A stretch of 64,000 nucleotides of DNA, taken from assembly GCA_013265495.1 (NCBI GenBank), contig MU058531.1, forward strand, positions 2,914,911 to 2,978,910. The letters run 5' to 3'. The notes beneath the pieces are model-generated. The model was not told the DNA's origin. It worked only from the letters and a program-made list of their open reading frames with translations, and did not search any database. The translations under genes were made by a program, and so were the position numbers. Below are positions 11,869 to 25,791 of this stretch, in pieces; position 1 is the stretch's first letter; every line of letters starts with the position of its first letter. This DNA is from Vicugna vicugna (lineage: Eukaryota).

Positions 11869-14666
11869 GGTTAGACAATTCCTGTTCTAGCCCTAAATCT
11901 GTGTCCCAGCTTAGAGGCCTTGGCTAAGTTACCCAACTCTCTGAGCCCACTTCATTATCCTTCATTATCTACAAACAAGTATATTGAAATAAATAATTCC
12001 TCAGACCCTTTTCAGCTCTAAAACTCTGCTCCTGGCTCATAAAGGTGATGTTTCTACATATGTCCATTCAGAAAATTATCTCATATTAAATATTTCTTTT
12101 CTCTTCTCTTAAAGCCTTTATTCATTGATTTAAGGGGGAAAATATCCTGGAATGTGTCCATGATGAATAATCTAGAATACTAGACAAGCTTTCTGCCCTC
12201 AAAGGTATTGGCCTTTAATGGCATGAGTCAAACTTAAATTCATACAGGGTGTCAGGAGGACAGTTTAGGCCAATAACAGAAATGCAGGATACAGTGAGCA
12301 TTATGTGAGACAACAGGGAGTGGTGGGGCTTGTGGCTAACTAGAGAGAACAGGCGTGCCTAAAACACAAAGCCCGTCTGCTGGCCCTTTATGGTCCTGAA
12401 TAGTTTCACAACCTCCATTCTGACTCAACCAGTATCTGCTGCTTTCCCTTCCCGATGAGAAGGTGTGAGAGGGGTGTACCATAAAATGAACCAGGAATGA
12501 AATAAAATAAAAGCCAATCACAGAGTCTGACATCAATTCCTGCTTTCAGAAATCTTTAGTCCTGTTTCCTAAGATCTGTTTTCTCATCATAAAATTCTTA
12601 TGCTTGGGTGAGGAAGGGGGGGCAAGAGGGAGACATAAAAGAGAGCTTAAATTTCCTTCTTCTGAAAAAAAAAACACATTCTGATAGTATGTGTTTAGAT
12701 GAAAGCCTGGAAAGACTTTAATCCCCAAATATTTTTAACAGCTAGGCTGAGTTGAAGAAAAATGCAAACAGTTTCAACTTCTAAGAGCTTTCAGTGTAAG
12801 TCAAAGAAAACACCCCCTCTGGGTGAGTCTGAACTCTATAGGACTGCGAAGGCATGCCTGACCTGGTCTGCTTTATTTTCTGTGATGTTGCTTGGATACA
12901 AAATACTGTGAGAAACTGGGAAATGATGTCTTGGCCTCCTACATAGGGAATAAGAACAGTTCGGTCAGACCACAAGCCAATTTCCTTTAAAGGAGGTGAC
13001 TAAACCAGGAACCCTTTTTCTTTCATATTACAAATGCTAGAAATATGCCAAAATATTACGGTGTGACAATAATGGGGAAACTTTGCCCTGTATTTTCATA
13101 GAAAAATAAGAGTCTCCCGGTGGACCCCACCCAAGCCTAAAACAGACGGCCCACGTCTCAGAAAGAAATTGTATAGCGAAAGAACCCTAAGGCCCCTTGG
13201 TTCTCCAGTTTTCCTCGTGGAGCTAACAAACGGCAGATGTCGTCTGAAACGAAGGAGTCAGTCATGCTCTTATTCCTTTCAGTCCACGAATGTCCACAGC
13301 ATTTGGAGTTGGTTTTCTGGGCGACAACAAACGAATTCTGAGCTGTGGCAGCGACTACTTGAGAATGAGATGTTATGATTTGGGAGAACTAAAGAGTTTA
13401 ACATAAATGGGTCAACACAGTTAGGCAAGTGTTGGTTAAGAACTTTCAACTGTTTCTTTCTTGTTAAAACAGAGTTTAGTGTGTTTAAAAAAGAGAAAAG
13501 GAAACTGTTCTCCCCATTGGCCTGGATGCAAATGTTAAGAGCCGCGTGCTGCGGGGGTGAGTAAGGGCTTTGCTGGCCGCGCTCAGTCAGGAGGCCGAGC
13601 TGCTCCGTGCAGCAGGGACCCAGCCCCTGCAGACGACTGGAGGAGGGCTGACTGGAAATTCCCTCACGAAGGAAAGGGAAAATATGTTGGAGGCTGGAAA
13701 GTAAATCACATGTTGCACTGTTTCTGCCCCAGGGGCTGCAGGAGTACCAACTTCCCATCCTCTCGGGGGAACAGCAATCCCCAGCTGGGCTGAGGACGAA
13801 TACTTTCCCCAGAGGACCCCCTTCAGTCTCCAGCAGCACTGTGACCTGCCCACCCATTGAAGCATCGGGCTCTCAGCCAGCTGAGCCCTGTCACTTGGGC
13901 CAGGCCTGGAAGGACAGTGGGGATGCTCGGCTGGGCCCTGTCACCCTTCCCCATGCTGCTCCCTCCCCTGGGTCGGGATTTGTCAAGCTCTGAGCCCTGA
14001 GCCAAAAGGTGGGAGAGCCAAGCGCTGCACCCTGTTTTCCACCAGGCAGTAGGAGAGGCGGGGGCACCCGCAGGAAGCCCTGGTGAGCAAAACCCCCTCA
14101 ACCCCACCCCCCACCGGGTCTCCCATCCACCTCACCAGTGGGGAAACCTCTTGAGTCTCCCAACCAGCCCACCCTGGCCCTCTGGATTAGCTCATAAACC
14201 CTTTCTCAGCATGTCATTCCCCAGACTCCTCTGCAGCAGAAGCACCAGGGCAGATACAGATTCCCAGGACCCTGAGTCAGACTTTTTCTTTACCCAATTC
14301 TTCTGCCCAGGAAGTTTGAGAAACAATGGTCTAGAATAGGGGGAGAGCTGAGGCGAGGCCTGGGAGGAGGGCAGGCAGCTGGCAAAGCCAGATCTGGGGA
14401 GAGGGGAACACATGTTGTTTTTTCAAAAGCACATTCAGTATGATAATAGAGGTTCATATCTGAGAAACAAGCACAGAAATCCAATTATTCAATGGAATAA
14501 AGGAGAAAGCAAAACTCCATCAAAATCTACTCAGCAGGGATAGTTACCTGTGCCCTCCTGTGGCTTCCCCTCCCTTCTCCACACCAGGCACGATTGTCAG
14601 AGAGACTTAAGGACTTTGTCCAGTTCATCACAAAGGGGCAGGGGTTTTAGAAAACCCAGAAACTCC

Positions 14667-15158
14667 AATAACCGAGCAGGACCCTCCGCGCCTTCCCAGG
14701 ACAGACCCTTCCCCCTTATCCTCTGCTTTAGCTCCTCTCTCACATACCCGGATAACAATTTTATGGGATGCACATTTCCTGAGTTTTTTTTTTTTAACAG
14801 ATGCTAAAACCCCCACCACATGGAAGGCTACTTGATGACCATAAACACAAAGCCCCCAGGCCTCCTAGAGCCTAAGGATGGATAATGTTAATCTGTGACC
14901 ACCCTGTTACCTCTCCATCAACCAATCAGAGAATTGTGCCCAAACTAATCATAGACCCTGTGAACCACACCCCCTCACCTGGCCTTTAAAAACTGCTTTC
15001 CTGAAACCCATGGTGGTGAGGAGGGGGCCCTGGCTTCTTGAGCTTTAGCTGTCTTGACCTCCTTGCTTGGTGCCCTGCAGTAAAGACTGCCCTTTCCTTC
15101 ACCACAACAGCATGTCAGTAGATTGGTGTGACGTAGACCCAAGTTTGGTTTGGTAACA
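14667..15158 (+). mobile_element. Solo ERV1-type LTR (492 bp) with 4-bp TSD CTCC
   Basis: CTCC at 14663-14666 and 15159-15162; 3' end ...ggtaaCA; internal CCAAT, TATA-like tttaaaaa and AGTAAA signals. Homologous to the LTR at 34227-34672. The 5' TG appears mutated. Confidence 0.75.
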
Positions 15159-15719
15159 CTCCTGGTCCACACGGGGGTTCCTATATCTGGTAATGTTCAA
15201 GCCCCCCGAGGTGAAGGTGTTAACAAACTCTATTCCCAGATTTTGGAATTGCTGACCGAGCCTGGAGGCTGTGGCAGAATTTGCAGGATTCGGCTGCACT
15301 GACTCCCTTTTTGACAGCCCCTCCCAGTCCCAGCCCTTGCTGCAGACGCAGGATGGCAGATGGCGTCACTTTAACAGGGGAAGGAGCTGACTGGAAGCCC
15401 AGCCTCTGCCCCAAAATCCTCCTGGACAGCCAGGCTACAAGGCCGGGGGTAGGTTAACTAGCCTCATGGCTGGCATGCAGGAGATGTTCAAGAATTATTT
15501 CTTAAATAACTGTACCCTGCCATTTTGCTATCTGCTCCTGACCAATCTTCCTGTTCATTCAGCCCTCAAGGTGCTGGATCTGTACTTGCCTGTTCCAGAC
15601 AGTTCAGCACAACTCCCAGGCCCTGTCTCTGTCTGATGCCCTCGTTCATTAGAATCAAAGTGGTAGCTTTCATTCATTCACTCATTCATCAAGCATTTGG
15701 ACCTTATATAGTAAGGAGG

Positions 15720-16035
15720 ACAGCATAACATAGTGATCAAGAACTTGGAGCTATGACTGGGACATTGTGCTGTACACCAGAGATTGACACATTGTAGTTG
15801 ATTGTACTTCAATAAAATTTTTTAAAAAAGAATAAAAGCTCATTACCATAAAAAAAAACTTGGAGCTAGGCAAGACCTTAGAACTAGGCTGATTAGAACT
15901 AGGACCCATCCTTGTACCACAGACTATGTAACTACTCTGAGCCTCAGTTTCCTCATCTGTAAAATGGGAGTAATGGCAACTCTTACCTAATAGTATTCTT
16001 ATAAGGATTAAAATGATGATGTGGTAAGTGCTTAA
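15720..16035 (+). mobile_element. MIR SINE interrupted by a 5'-truncated L1 (15754-15856)
   Basis: MIR start cagcataacatagtgatcaagaac and core ctctgagcctcagtttcctcatctgtaaaatggg; the insert is flanked by 12-bp TSD AACTTGGAGCTA. Confidence 0.85.
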
Positions 16036-18349
16036 CCTCACTTTTTACTGTTATCTCAGATGACATTACTCTAGAAAAAAGGACCTAAAAAAAACCACAT
16101 GACTCCAGGTCAGTGTTTGCAGGGAAAGCTGGTCTAAACCCATGCACAGCCCAAATCACAGGAAGGCAGGTTTATCTGCTGGAGAGTGGGCAGGCAGGCA
16201 TGAACGAACGTATAAGAACACTTTGTAATCACCCATAGGCATTTCTCTACGACCATTGTGCAAAGTTCCTAAAATCAGTTCTTCTGAGTCCATCAAATAG
16301 CTCTCTCCCTACCCTCACAGCTATATACACCATGAATCTGTTCAGAAAATAACTTTTATTTTCAAGGTTGGACCAAAAGTAAACTTCTGCTGTAGCTAAA
16401 TTCTCATAAAATCCAATTAGTGGAATCTGAATGAATTTTTCAAGCCATAGGTCTTATATAATGTTTCATTATAAAATAAACTCCCAAAGAAATCTTCATT
16501 CAAAAAACCTTTCTAAACCTGTACACACACACACACACACACACGCACACACACCCTTCACCCTACCTTTTTCTCCGTTTTTCCCCTGCTGTATTTTTCT
16601 TTATCATATTTACCACATCTGATATACTGTTTGTGGATTTATTTGTTTATTGTCTGTCCCCGCCACTCAGAAGTGAGCCCCATGAAAGGCACGGAGTACC
16701 CCCAGTGCCTGGAGCAGTGTCTGACACACAGTGGGCATTAGGAAATAGATGTTGAATGAATAAATTAATTGGTACATCATTGAAGATAGTCCAATGAGCC
16801 TGTAAATGACTTACAGGTTACAAAGCCTTCCCTCCTACGGGATGGTCCTCCAAGTGCAATTAGGAGATAATTACAGCTCTTGTCATTATGAAATGCCTTT
16901 CTCTTTCAGTCTGTCTGGGTGTTGCTCTCCAGGGCTATGATCCACCTTTACTTACTCTTGAGATGGTAACGGATGCCAGCAAGGCTGTGGCAGCTACTTA
17001 ACTGGCCTCCCCCAACAGTGGGGCTCAGCCTCTCCAGCACCCAGAGCCAGCCAGCCCAAACCAGCTGTGATTTTCTCGTAGTTTTGCTGCTCTGTTGAAA
17101 ATACAGAGCTAAAAAGAACCCAAAACTGGGAATTCTGCTCTACAGTTACATCTGCCTCTGGTTTGGATTTTCAAACAGTCTGAGAAGCTCCTCTGGGTAG
17201 AAAACCTGCCTCAACTCTCCTCACCAACCACACAGGAGAAAAGGAAAGGTCGTGGGGACCAGCTCAACAAATCCCACTGACAAGATTATGTATGGCAAGG
17301 CCAGAAGCCAGGCTCACCGCTCAGAGAGATGAAAGTATTAAAAGCTTGACCACAAGGTCTTTTGTACACCAGAGGATGAAAAGTTCTCATAAGCAATACC
17401 ATACTGTCCCAGCAAAGGAATTTCATTCCAAACCAGTCTTTCTGTTTTCTCTAAGTAAAAAACAAAAAAGCAAAAAACTCTTACCTCAGGAGTTAGTTAG
17501 AATACTTCATAACTCAAGCTTGTCCTTTTTCTCTTTTTCTTCTTCTAATTCTATAACCCCCAGTACCATTCTCTGTGTGTGTGTTGGGGGGGTGAGTGTG
17601 TATAAATTGTGCTATCCTCTCACTTTCACAATCTGGCACCCTGGCCCTCAATCCAAAGACACTCACACACACGGAAAACATATCTTGGAAGGTCTGGTCT
17701 CTGTGTAAGAGGATTTTAACATAAATCCACTTGTTTTCAATTAAAGAGCTGGGTGCCTTTAAGCAATGTGGTGAACCTCTCTGTGCCACATTTTTCCTCA
17801 ACTGTAAGATGGCAATAAGCCTGTCTGACTCAGAGCTGTTAAAAAGATTAAAAGTGATTGTGTATGAAACAGTTTTAGCACAATTCTTGGTCCCTGGTAA
17901 GCCCACAATTGATATTAGCTATTATGCTGTTCATCAGGAAATTTAAGTTATTTCTTCCTTAATTATATTAAATTTGCCCTTATGTCTACCACTTATTGAG
18001 GAAGTATTCCAGCCACCATCATAAAGATGAAGAAACTTGCCGAGAGTCACTCAACCCTAAACAGCAGGGTCAGAATCCAAACTAATCTCATGATGGTCTC
18101 AGCTGACCACTTGCCCACACCACCTCTTTTGCAAGAACTTGGGTCAATTTCCTCCGAGGTATATGGTTAGGTCTTTGGTGATGTCATTCTTACTTACACT
18201 TCAGCAAAGCCGATGATTTATCTTCAGGTGATGGCTCTAACTTTGCTCTGCATTTGCGTGAGGGCATATGTGATGGTGGTTTTGAATGCACAAGTATAAC
18301 ATGTGTAGGGAAAAATAAGAGTCCTGGAAATGCAAACTCTTAGATAATT

Positions 18350-19105
18350 ATGGTCATTTCATCTCAGACATTGTAATTTGCATCTCTCCAGGTTCAATTT
18401 GGATCTTTTTTTATATCTTCCATGTCTCTGCTTTACATACTCAAGCTCTCCTCTACCTTCCTGAACCTGCGGGATATGATTATAATACCTGTTTCATTGT
18501 CCATGTCTGCTCATAATATCATCTACTAATAGCATATCTGTTTAATAATGATATATCTGGTTCTTCTTCACATTATTGAGGCAAAACCTTCTTTGTATTC
18601 TACTGAATACTCATGAATTAGAAGGTCTTTCCACTCTGGATGGTGGAAATTAACTATCCCCAGCCCTGTGACTGTTTCAAGAACTGTTCTGTCTGCTCCT
18701 TTCCGATGGGTCACTTCCCGACCTCACGTAGTTTCCTCACTGATCAGTAATCACCTGAGGAGTAAGGAGGAACCCTCTGCAAACCTCAGGAGTGTTCTCT
18801 CTCTGTCTCCGTGTGTGTGTGTGTATAGCTCTAGATTCCCACCTGCACCTCCTCAACTCTGGGAGACAAGTGACCAGCCCGAGTCCCCCATCCCTACACC
18901 GCACCCTGCAAATGCTCTCTAGGCATTAAGCTGGGCACGGATAAAGCTCATCTCACTTATCACCCCTCTCCTGGGGATCACTGTCTTCTGCTGCCAGTGT
19001 CCAATATCTGAAACCACTGTTGTATGTATTTTACCTACTTTTTTGGTAGTGTCAGGTAAGAGGGTAAATCTGGTCCCTGTTACATTATCTTAGTGTGAGC
19101 AGAAC
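18350..19105 (-). mobile_element. Ancient L1 (5' end/ORF1 region) fragment
   Basis: ttcatctcagacattgtaatttgcatctct...ggtaagagggtaaatctggtccctgttac, resembling old L1MC/L1MD 5' sequence. Confidence 0.6.
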
Positions 19106-20619
19106 ACATACACATACACACACACAAACACATCTGAAAACTTGTAAAAATCTTTCACTCCTACATTTCTAGGCTCCTGAAGAAGATTCTTCTTTAGGAA
19201 CTCAAGGGATCAGGGTCCTAGCCTCAAGCCCTCTAAGCCTCAAGTCTCATCTCCACTTCTCAAGGTCATTGTGAAGATCACGTAAGATGAGATCTATTCT
19301 CTGCACTTATCTTGTCCTTTGCAGGGCATAAGCATAAGTGACTTATTACTTAATAGTATAAAAGGCCTGCTTAAAATTTTTTCCTAAGAAAGAGAGAGGA
19401 GATCCCAATGAGTGTTTTTTTTCAAAATTAGAAAGAAAAATTACTTCCCTTTAAGCTTAAAGATAATCAATTATTCCATCTACATTTTGGTTCCTAAAGG
19501 TGATCAGGAAGTTTTCAGTATAATGGAAAAGTCAAAAGTACAGGGCTGGATATATAAATGCTGACTCTGACACATAGCTGCTGTGTGATCCTGATCAGAT
19601 GCCTAAACCTCTCTGAGGAAAACAGGGTGTCTGTGAGGATAATGCATTCAATGGGCTGAGTCGCCCTCGCCCCTCCCTCCCTCGCCCCTCCTGAAGTCCT
19701 CATTAAGGGACAGCCACAATGCGTGTCTGCAAAGGGAACTCTCATTCTTCAGCTGCTGGGAAAATCCTTCCACTCTGACATTTCGTGTTCATCATGTGAC
19801 TAAGAGGCTCCTCTGGCCCTTCTCTCACCCTAGTTAAGCCCAGATGATTGGTTGGATGACTGTAAAGTGAGGAAGAACAGAGTCTACACTGAACAGCCCC
19901 AGTGGTTCCCAGAGCCTGGGGAGGAGGGACACTGTCTACGCGCCTGCGCTGTGCGTGCCCAGACAGCCCAGTCCAGTCCCTGTGGGTGTGGGCAGGGCGG
20001 ATACTCAGGCAAACCCAGGTAGCCTGGTGCTGTTTGCTTACAGGCCCTGGGGCTGCAGACTGGAGAGCAAGAACCTTATTTACACAGCCAGTCTCCATGG
20101 AAACAGGGAAGTCCACAGGAAAGACATTCCTTAAGCTGGTAGAAAAATCCTCTGCCCCCACCTTGCTCCAGGTGCGGAAGACATTCCCACACTGAGTGGT
20201 GAGCCCATCCACAGAGCCAGATCTTCAGTATAAAAGCCAAGGAGAAAATCTGGGGCCAAAATACACAAATATTTGGGACAAACATGCAGCTTATTCCCAG
20301 ATGGTTTTTTTTTTTTTGTCAATTGACATAGTAACATCAAGTGCAACACATCTCAGCAAGATTCATGGTGCCTCGAACTTTAGAAGGGCCCTCTTCTAAC
20401 AGAACCCCTTGTATTTCCTTCATTCAAAATTAAACAGAAAAATTTCCAGGACCAGATACACTGCCCATCAACTCTATCTCCAGAAATGCATGCCAAATGC
20501 CCGAAGTAAGTGCCAAGGTGAGACTTCGTGTGAGGATTTTTCCTATCCGCATCACTGCTGTCTTCCAAAGGCCCCAATGTGCTTTCAATAGGTATAAAAT
20601 AAACATATGAAGTTCTTCC

Positions 20620-21170
20620 AGTATTGTTTTCCCTGCTTCCTAACTGGTTCCTACAACCAACCTCCACACAGAAAGCCCAAGCGAGACTTTTAAAATATAA
20701 GTCAGATCATACTCAGAACACTTTAATGGACTTCCATCTTACTAGGAATGAAATCCAAAGCTTGCACCGTGTCTCAGAAAGCCACGCATGTGTGCCTTTA
20801 ATGATCTCATCCCTTTCCCCCATGCCAGCCCTCTGGCCTCCGCAATCTTTCTCCAACACCTCAGATATACTCCTGCCTCAGGGCCTTTGCACTTGGTATT
20901 ATCTCTGCCTGGAATGTTCTTTCCTCTCTAGAAAGCTGCAAGGCTCATTCTTTCACTTTATTTAGGTCTCTGCTCAACTGTCAGCTTATTAGTACCTCAT
21001 ATAAAACTTTCCCCCATCCTCAATAACTATCCTTTTACTCTGCGTTATTTTCCTTCATGGGCTGAGTTTCCTTCCTTAGGTTACAGCACTTCATAGTACC
21101 TGATCTAGTATATGTTTCTTCACATGTTTGTTTGTTTTCTGACTCTCTCTCGAGAATGTAACATTCAGGA
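20620..21170 (+). mobile_element. L2 LINE 3' fragment
   Basis: taagtcagatcat...cctcagggcctttgcacttgg...tctgcctggaatgttct...tgtttgtttgttttctgactc. Confidence 0.7.
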
Positions 21171-21402
21171 AAGCAGTGATATTGTTTGAAATGCAGATGA
21201 GAGCTCCCAGGCCAGCCTCAGTCTCTACTGCCAGGTTAAAGTAGATGAGGCACAACCAGGCTGCTGATTGTGGCCATGAGTAAGAAGCACATAGCACAGA
21301 CAGCGGAAAGGAAGGCAAAGTAAGATTTGGCCATAGACTGGATGGGATGTAAAATGGAAAAGATCCAGGCAGACCTGAGGTTTTGAGCCCAGCGCTCTGG
21401 AG

Positions 21403-21721
21403 CTGTGCTCTCCAAAATGGTGGCCACCAACCACATGTGGCTACAGAGCACTTGAAATGCGGCTAATCTGGACAGAGATGTGCTGTTGGTGTGAATACAC
21501 ACCAGACTTCAAAGACTGAAAGAAAAAATCCATGTAAAATGTCCTAATGATTTTTTAAAATTCTGATTACATATTAAAGTGATAATATATTGGATATACT
21601 AAATTAAATAAAATATATCATTAAAATTAGTTTCATCTGTTCCTTTTTATTTTTTAACATGGTTACTAGAAAATTTAAAATTAAACATGCAGCTTGCACT
21701 ATATTACTATTGGAGAGAGCG
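21403..21721. mobile_element. MER33-like hAT-Charlie relic
   Basis: Degenerate terminal inverted repeats gctctccaa...ttggagagagc; internal ccacatgtggcta...gcacttgaaatg. Confidence 0.75.
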
Positions 21722-22186
21722 GGTCTGGAATAGAAACAGTGGTACCAATTGCAGAGAGAGCAGAGAAGAGAAGGAACTATTATTCGTAACAGATAGGAGG
21801 CTACAGTGAGGTTCAACCACCCACTTCCCCAAAACTTTGAAATATGGGAAATAAAACTCTCCTCTGGGAGTTGGGGTGGGGATAGAAAATCACATAATTG
21901 CTTCAAAGCTAAGATGTGTAACATAACCTTAAAAGGCTAGGTTTTTTTTGTGGGTTTTTTTTGTTTTTTTTGGTCCAAGAGAGTAGGGCCAGAACCTGCT
22001 GGAATGTATTTCTATTGCTTAAGGAGAAAGTGCATCAGTCCCAAGGGGCACTGGTCAGCAATGGAAGATGGAAGAAAGGATCTCATAAAAGGTGAACACA
22101 GGCAGTACCTGTCAAAGCACTGTCCACAAGGTAGACGTCTGTCTAGGCTCTCTGTCTGACATCATTAAGCAGAAGACCCCCATGAG

Positions 22187-22312
22187 TAGGATGACCATCT
22201 AATTTACTGTCCAAACCAAGTTACTGTTCACAGCGAAAGGGACATCATAAATCATTGTGCTGGGACAACAAACCAGGGCTATCCCAAGCAAATCAGGGCA
22301 TAGGGCCACCCT
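22187..22312. mobile_element. MER94-like hAT-Blackjack MITE
   Basis: Terminal inverted repeats taggatgaccat...ggccacccta around a ~125-bp body. Confidence 0.7.
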
Positions 22313-23393
22313 ATCTCAACTCATCCATTCCAATTTAATGCTCTCATTGTAGCCTTCTGATTATACCAAATGTACTGGGGCTCAGACCTACATTTTTAAA
22401 TACTATGACATTACTAAAAACTGGGATGCTTCTTACAATTGACATGGGCATTTAGTATGAGACTTCTTCCCCTCCCCTCAGCCAAACCTGTTATTAATTT
22501 AATAGTACAGCTTATGATCAATGGTATCTTACAATCAAGGAGTAATTTGGCTTCCCATGTGATATGACATGAAAGAAAATTCGTTAGAGAGCAGAAATGC
22601 CCTCCCCCAACAGGCAATTTATTTCCATTGGAAAATAACAAGTATTTTGGTTTTTATCCTTGAAACTAATCAACTATACTTCAATTAAAAAATACACACA
22701 CATTAAATAAAAAGTATTTTGGTTTTAAAAACTGTTCTCTTGTGAGCTTAGTTTGAATTGATAACCTAAGACTGAGTTCCAAGCCTAAGGCCAAAGTCCA
22801 GATCAAGGACTGGGATGAATTTACTGAAGTCATTCTGTTCCATGAGAACCTCAGCTTTACCCAGGGGACAACCCTCAGCGCCACCACTGGGCACTACCGT
22901 GACCCTTTCCCACTTAAAACTGGTAGAGGCAGTAAGACAAAGAATCTGGTTTGAATCTGTTGCATTTAAAAAAACAGTGAGACATGAAAATGGAAGTGGG
23001 GCTGGAAACAGAACCTGAACGAGACATAATGGGTCACACATAATCAGTAGAAGAAATGATTTTGCTTGTGTCCAATAAAGCTACAGTTCTAATAATCATC
23101 AGTGACTATAAGTCATTAACAAAGAAATTGCAGGAGCATAAACAGGTTTCACTGTAAGTGCCAAATTGGATATACCATTGATGGCTTAGTGTCTGCAGCC
23201 TCTTAGGAATACAGCAGTTATTGGGAAAAGGCACTGGGACTGATTAGCCACATCTGATATTGGCTCAAAAGGGGAGAGGGCGTGGGCATAGAATTACAGC
23301 ATTATTATATTGGAAATATTATGTCATCAAAGATGTGTTCCTTCAACAAAATAAACAATAGTAAAATGAGAAAAACAGTTGAAATCAACTTAC

Positions 23394-23485
23394 TTATTTT
23401 GTCCAATTGTCTCAAAATCTTTCACAACAATCCCAAGGGACGATGAGAAGTCCAGTGGTATACCCCTCAAGTCAAACTCCAAAAT
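23394..23485 (-). CDS. MYOF: Myoferlin coding exon 3 (ILEFDLRGIPLDFSSSLGIVVKDFETIGQN(K))
   Basis: Acceptor ggacag|, 92 nt, donor AA|gtaagt; in phase with exons 2 and 4. Confidence 0.96.
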
Positions 23486-25735
23486 CTGTCCATAGAAAGA
23501 TTATGAAAACAAAAAGGCTGTTAAAGGGATCAGGAAATATAACAAGATGCACTGATACTAAACACTGGCTCATCTTCACCAGTGACAACCTTTTGAATTA
23601 CTCAATTTTACAGTTAGACAAAAGCGATCAAATACTGAACTTGGAGGCTGCTAAGGCTCATGGGAAAGCAAACCAGACTTAGCCTCCAAGGACCTGGTGG
23701 TTACTCCTAGCTTCCCGTTTTCTAGGCTCTGCGGCTTTAGACAAGTCACCAAACCAGTCTTATAGTTAGAAAACTAGCCTTAACGCCTGCCACAACTGTA
23801 GCACAAATAGAATAAAATGTGTATGTGAAAATGCTTTCTTCGATGGTTATTTTTAAATTGCTTGCTTTTCTTAATCATATTACTATCAAACAGATGAATA
23901 ATCTAAAAAAACACTTTCTGAAATGCATCAGTCTTTTATTTAAGTCCCACCATGGTCAGTGCTACAGTCAGGTGAGTTTCTCATCTTAAGGCAGTAAATT
24001 GTTTTCTAAAGGTAAATGCTAAAAAAAAAAAAAAATCAACTTAGCACCAGTGATTCCTGTGATTGATTATGCAATAAATGAGTTTAATAAATCACTGAGG
24101 ATGATTTGATCCTCCTTGCAATGGGTTTGTAATGGATGGAGAAAGTGTCTCACAGCTCCTATGACAACACATCCATTAATCCCAGTGGGTTTGGGATTGG
24201 CATTTCATTTAGGTCTGGTTTCAGTTATAAAATGGCAACTGGGAAGTTTACTTCATAAATACATTATGAGAAAAAAAAATGTGTTGGAAACAAAATGGGG
24301 TGAGATGGATGATGCCCTGTAGAGGACATAACTGCTCACGTGACCACACACCTTTCTGCCATTGGCCACAAGGACTGGGCTCAAATTTAAAGAGGCATGT
24401 TATCACTAAATGCACACATGTATGTATTTTTTTATTTCTTTTAGTCTTGGGACTCTGTGTGTGGTGCTAAGAATCCACAGGTTCCACAGGGACCAACCAG
24501 ACAAGCTTCTGGCTCTTGCGGAGCTGGCAGACCACCTGGCTGTGTTCTGGGTTCCAATGAGACTGCAGAGAAGTGGAATGCCCTCGCAGCCTGCCTGAGA
24601 GCAGCAAGGCTTTTCAGAGAAGCACTAAGAAGCTTTTGGTCTTGGCCTCAACCAATGAGAAAGTGTGGTCTTTATCTTCTAGAGATACTGAAACTAGTTG
24701 GGAGAGGAAGGGATTTGCAGCTGGTGAAGGGGAAGTCTTCACAGCCTGCTGACTTGGCAAAACGGCAAAGACACTGAACATTGTACTTATCCAGGGAGGT
24801 CTGACCTGGCTTTTGGAAAAACAATGGGGTGGATGATCAACTTTTCAAAAATTAGTCAGCAGAGGAAAATTCTACTCAGTGGAAAGAACTAAAATTTTCA
24901 CACTTCTATAAATATTAAACACTGAACCATTTATAAAACAGACATCAAGTCAACAGTAGAGGGGTAAATAACTTGTTTTATATCCATTCAATACAATAAT
25001 ACATAGTCATTAAAAATATTTTTGAGTGGAATGATAAGGGTATATGCTCAGGATATAAAAGTAAGAAAAAAATTGGATAGGAAACTGTATTTGCTATATG
25101 ATACTAATTTACTAATTTTAAAACATCATATTTTATTAAACACATCCACTCAACAAACATTTATTTATATGAGATGTTAACAGTAGTTGTTTCTGCATAG
25201 TAGGACCACAAGTCATTTTTTTAAGCCGATCTGAAGTTTTCAAATTTTCTACATCAAAAATACATTACTTTTATCAACATAAAAAATGACAAATGCCATT
25301 ACTCTTCCAGACCCACAAAGTATCGTGTCATACGCTCTTGATTAGTCACAGGCAGATACGATTTTAATTATGGAGCTTTCCGTCTGGGACTCCGGAGATC
25401 ATCTAATCCCACCCCTTGCCCTACAGAAGTGCCCCAGTTAGCATGCAGCATAACCAGACAAGGTCACACAGCAAGCTCACGGCTGCACCAAGCTAGAACC
25501 CCACCCTCCTCATGCCATCCAGGCTCCATTTGCCACACCACTACTGTACAAGAGATGTCACTGTGTTACGTCTCTTTGAACTGCTGTGTGACCACAAAGG
25601 GAGCTGGAAGGGGTGGGAGCGGGGCGCGGAATGCAGAGACTTCCCTCCCAAATGGAAGAGTTAACCTCTGACCAAAGATGGAACAGTCAAAGGTGGCTTA
25701 TTCATTGAAACAAAATTGAAAAACAATGAAGTCAC

Positions 25736-25791
25736 CTCATTCCAGACGGGGTTGAGTTCATTATCGACTTTCTTTGTTTTCTTCTTCTCAT
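25736..25791 (-). CDS. MYOF: Myoferlin coding exon 2 ((D)EKKKTKKVDNELNPVWNE)
   Basis: Acceptor ttttctttgcag|, 56 nt, donor GAG|gtgact. Continues the phase from exon 1 and gives the typical C2 motif KTK...NPVWNE. Confidence 0.96.

Noticed and set aside
13279..13865. 192-aa and overlapping ORFs in MYOF intron 3
   Set aside because: No similarity to ferlin or any protein I recognise; explained by GC-rich composition.
22876..22894. CTCF-like motif CAGCGCCACCACTGGGCA
   Set aside because: Only the 3' half of the consensus matches; too weak to call without a PWM score.
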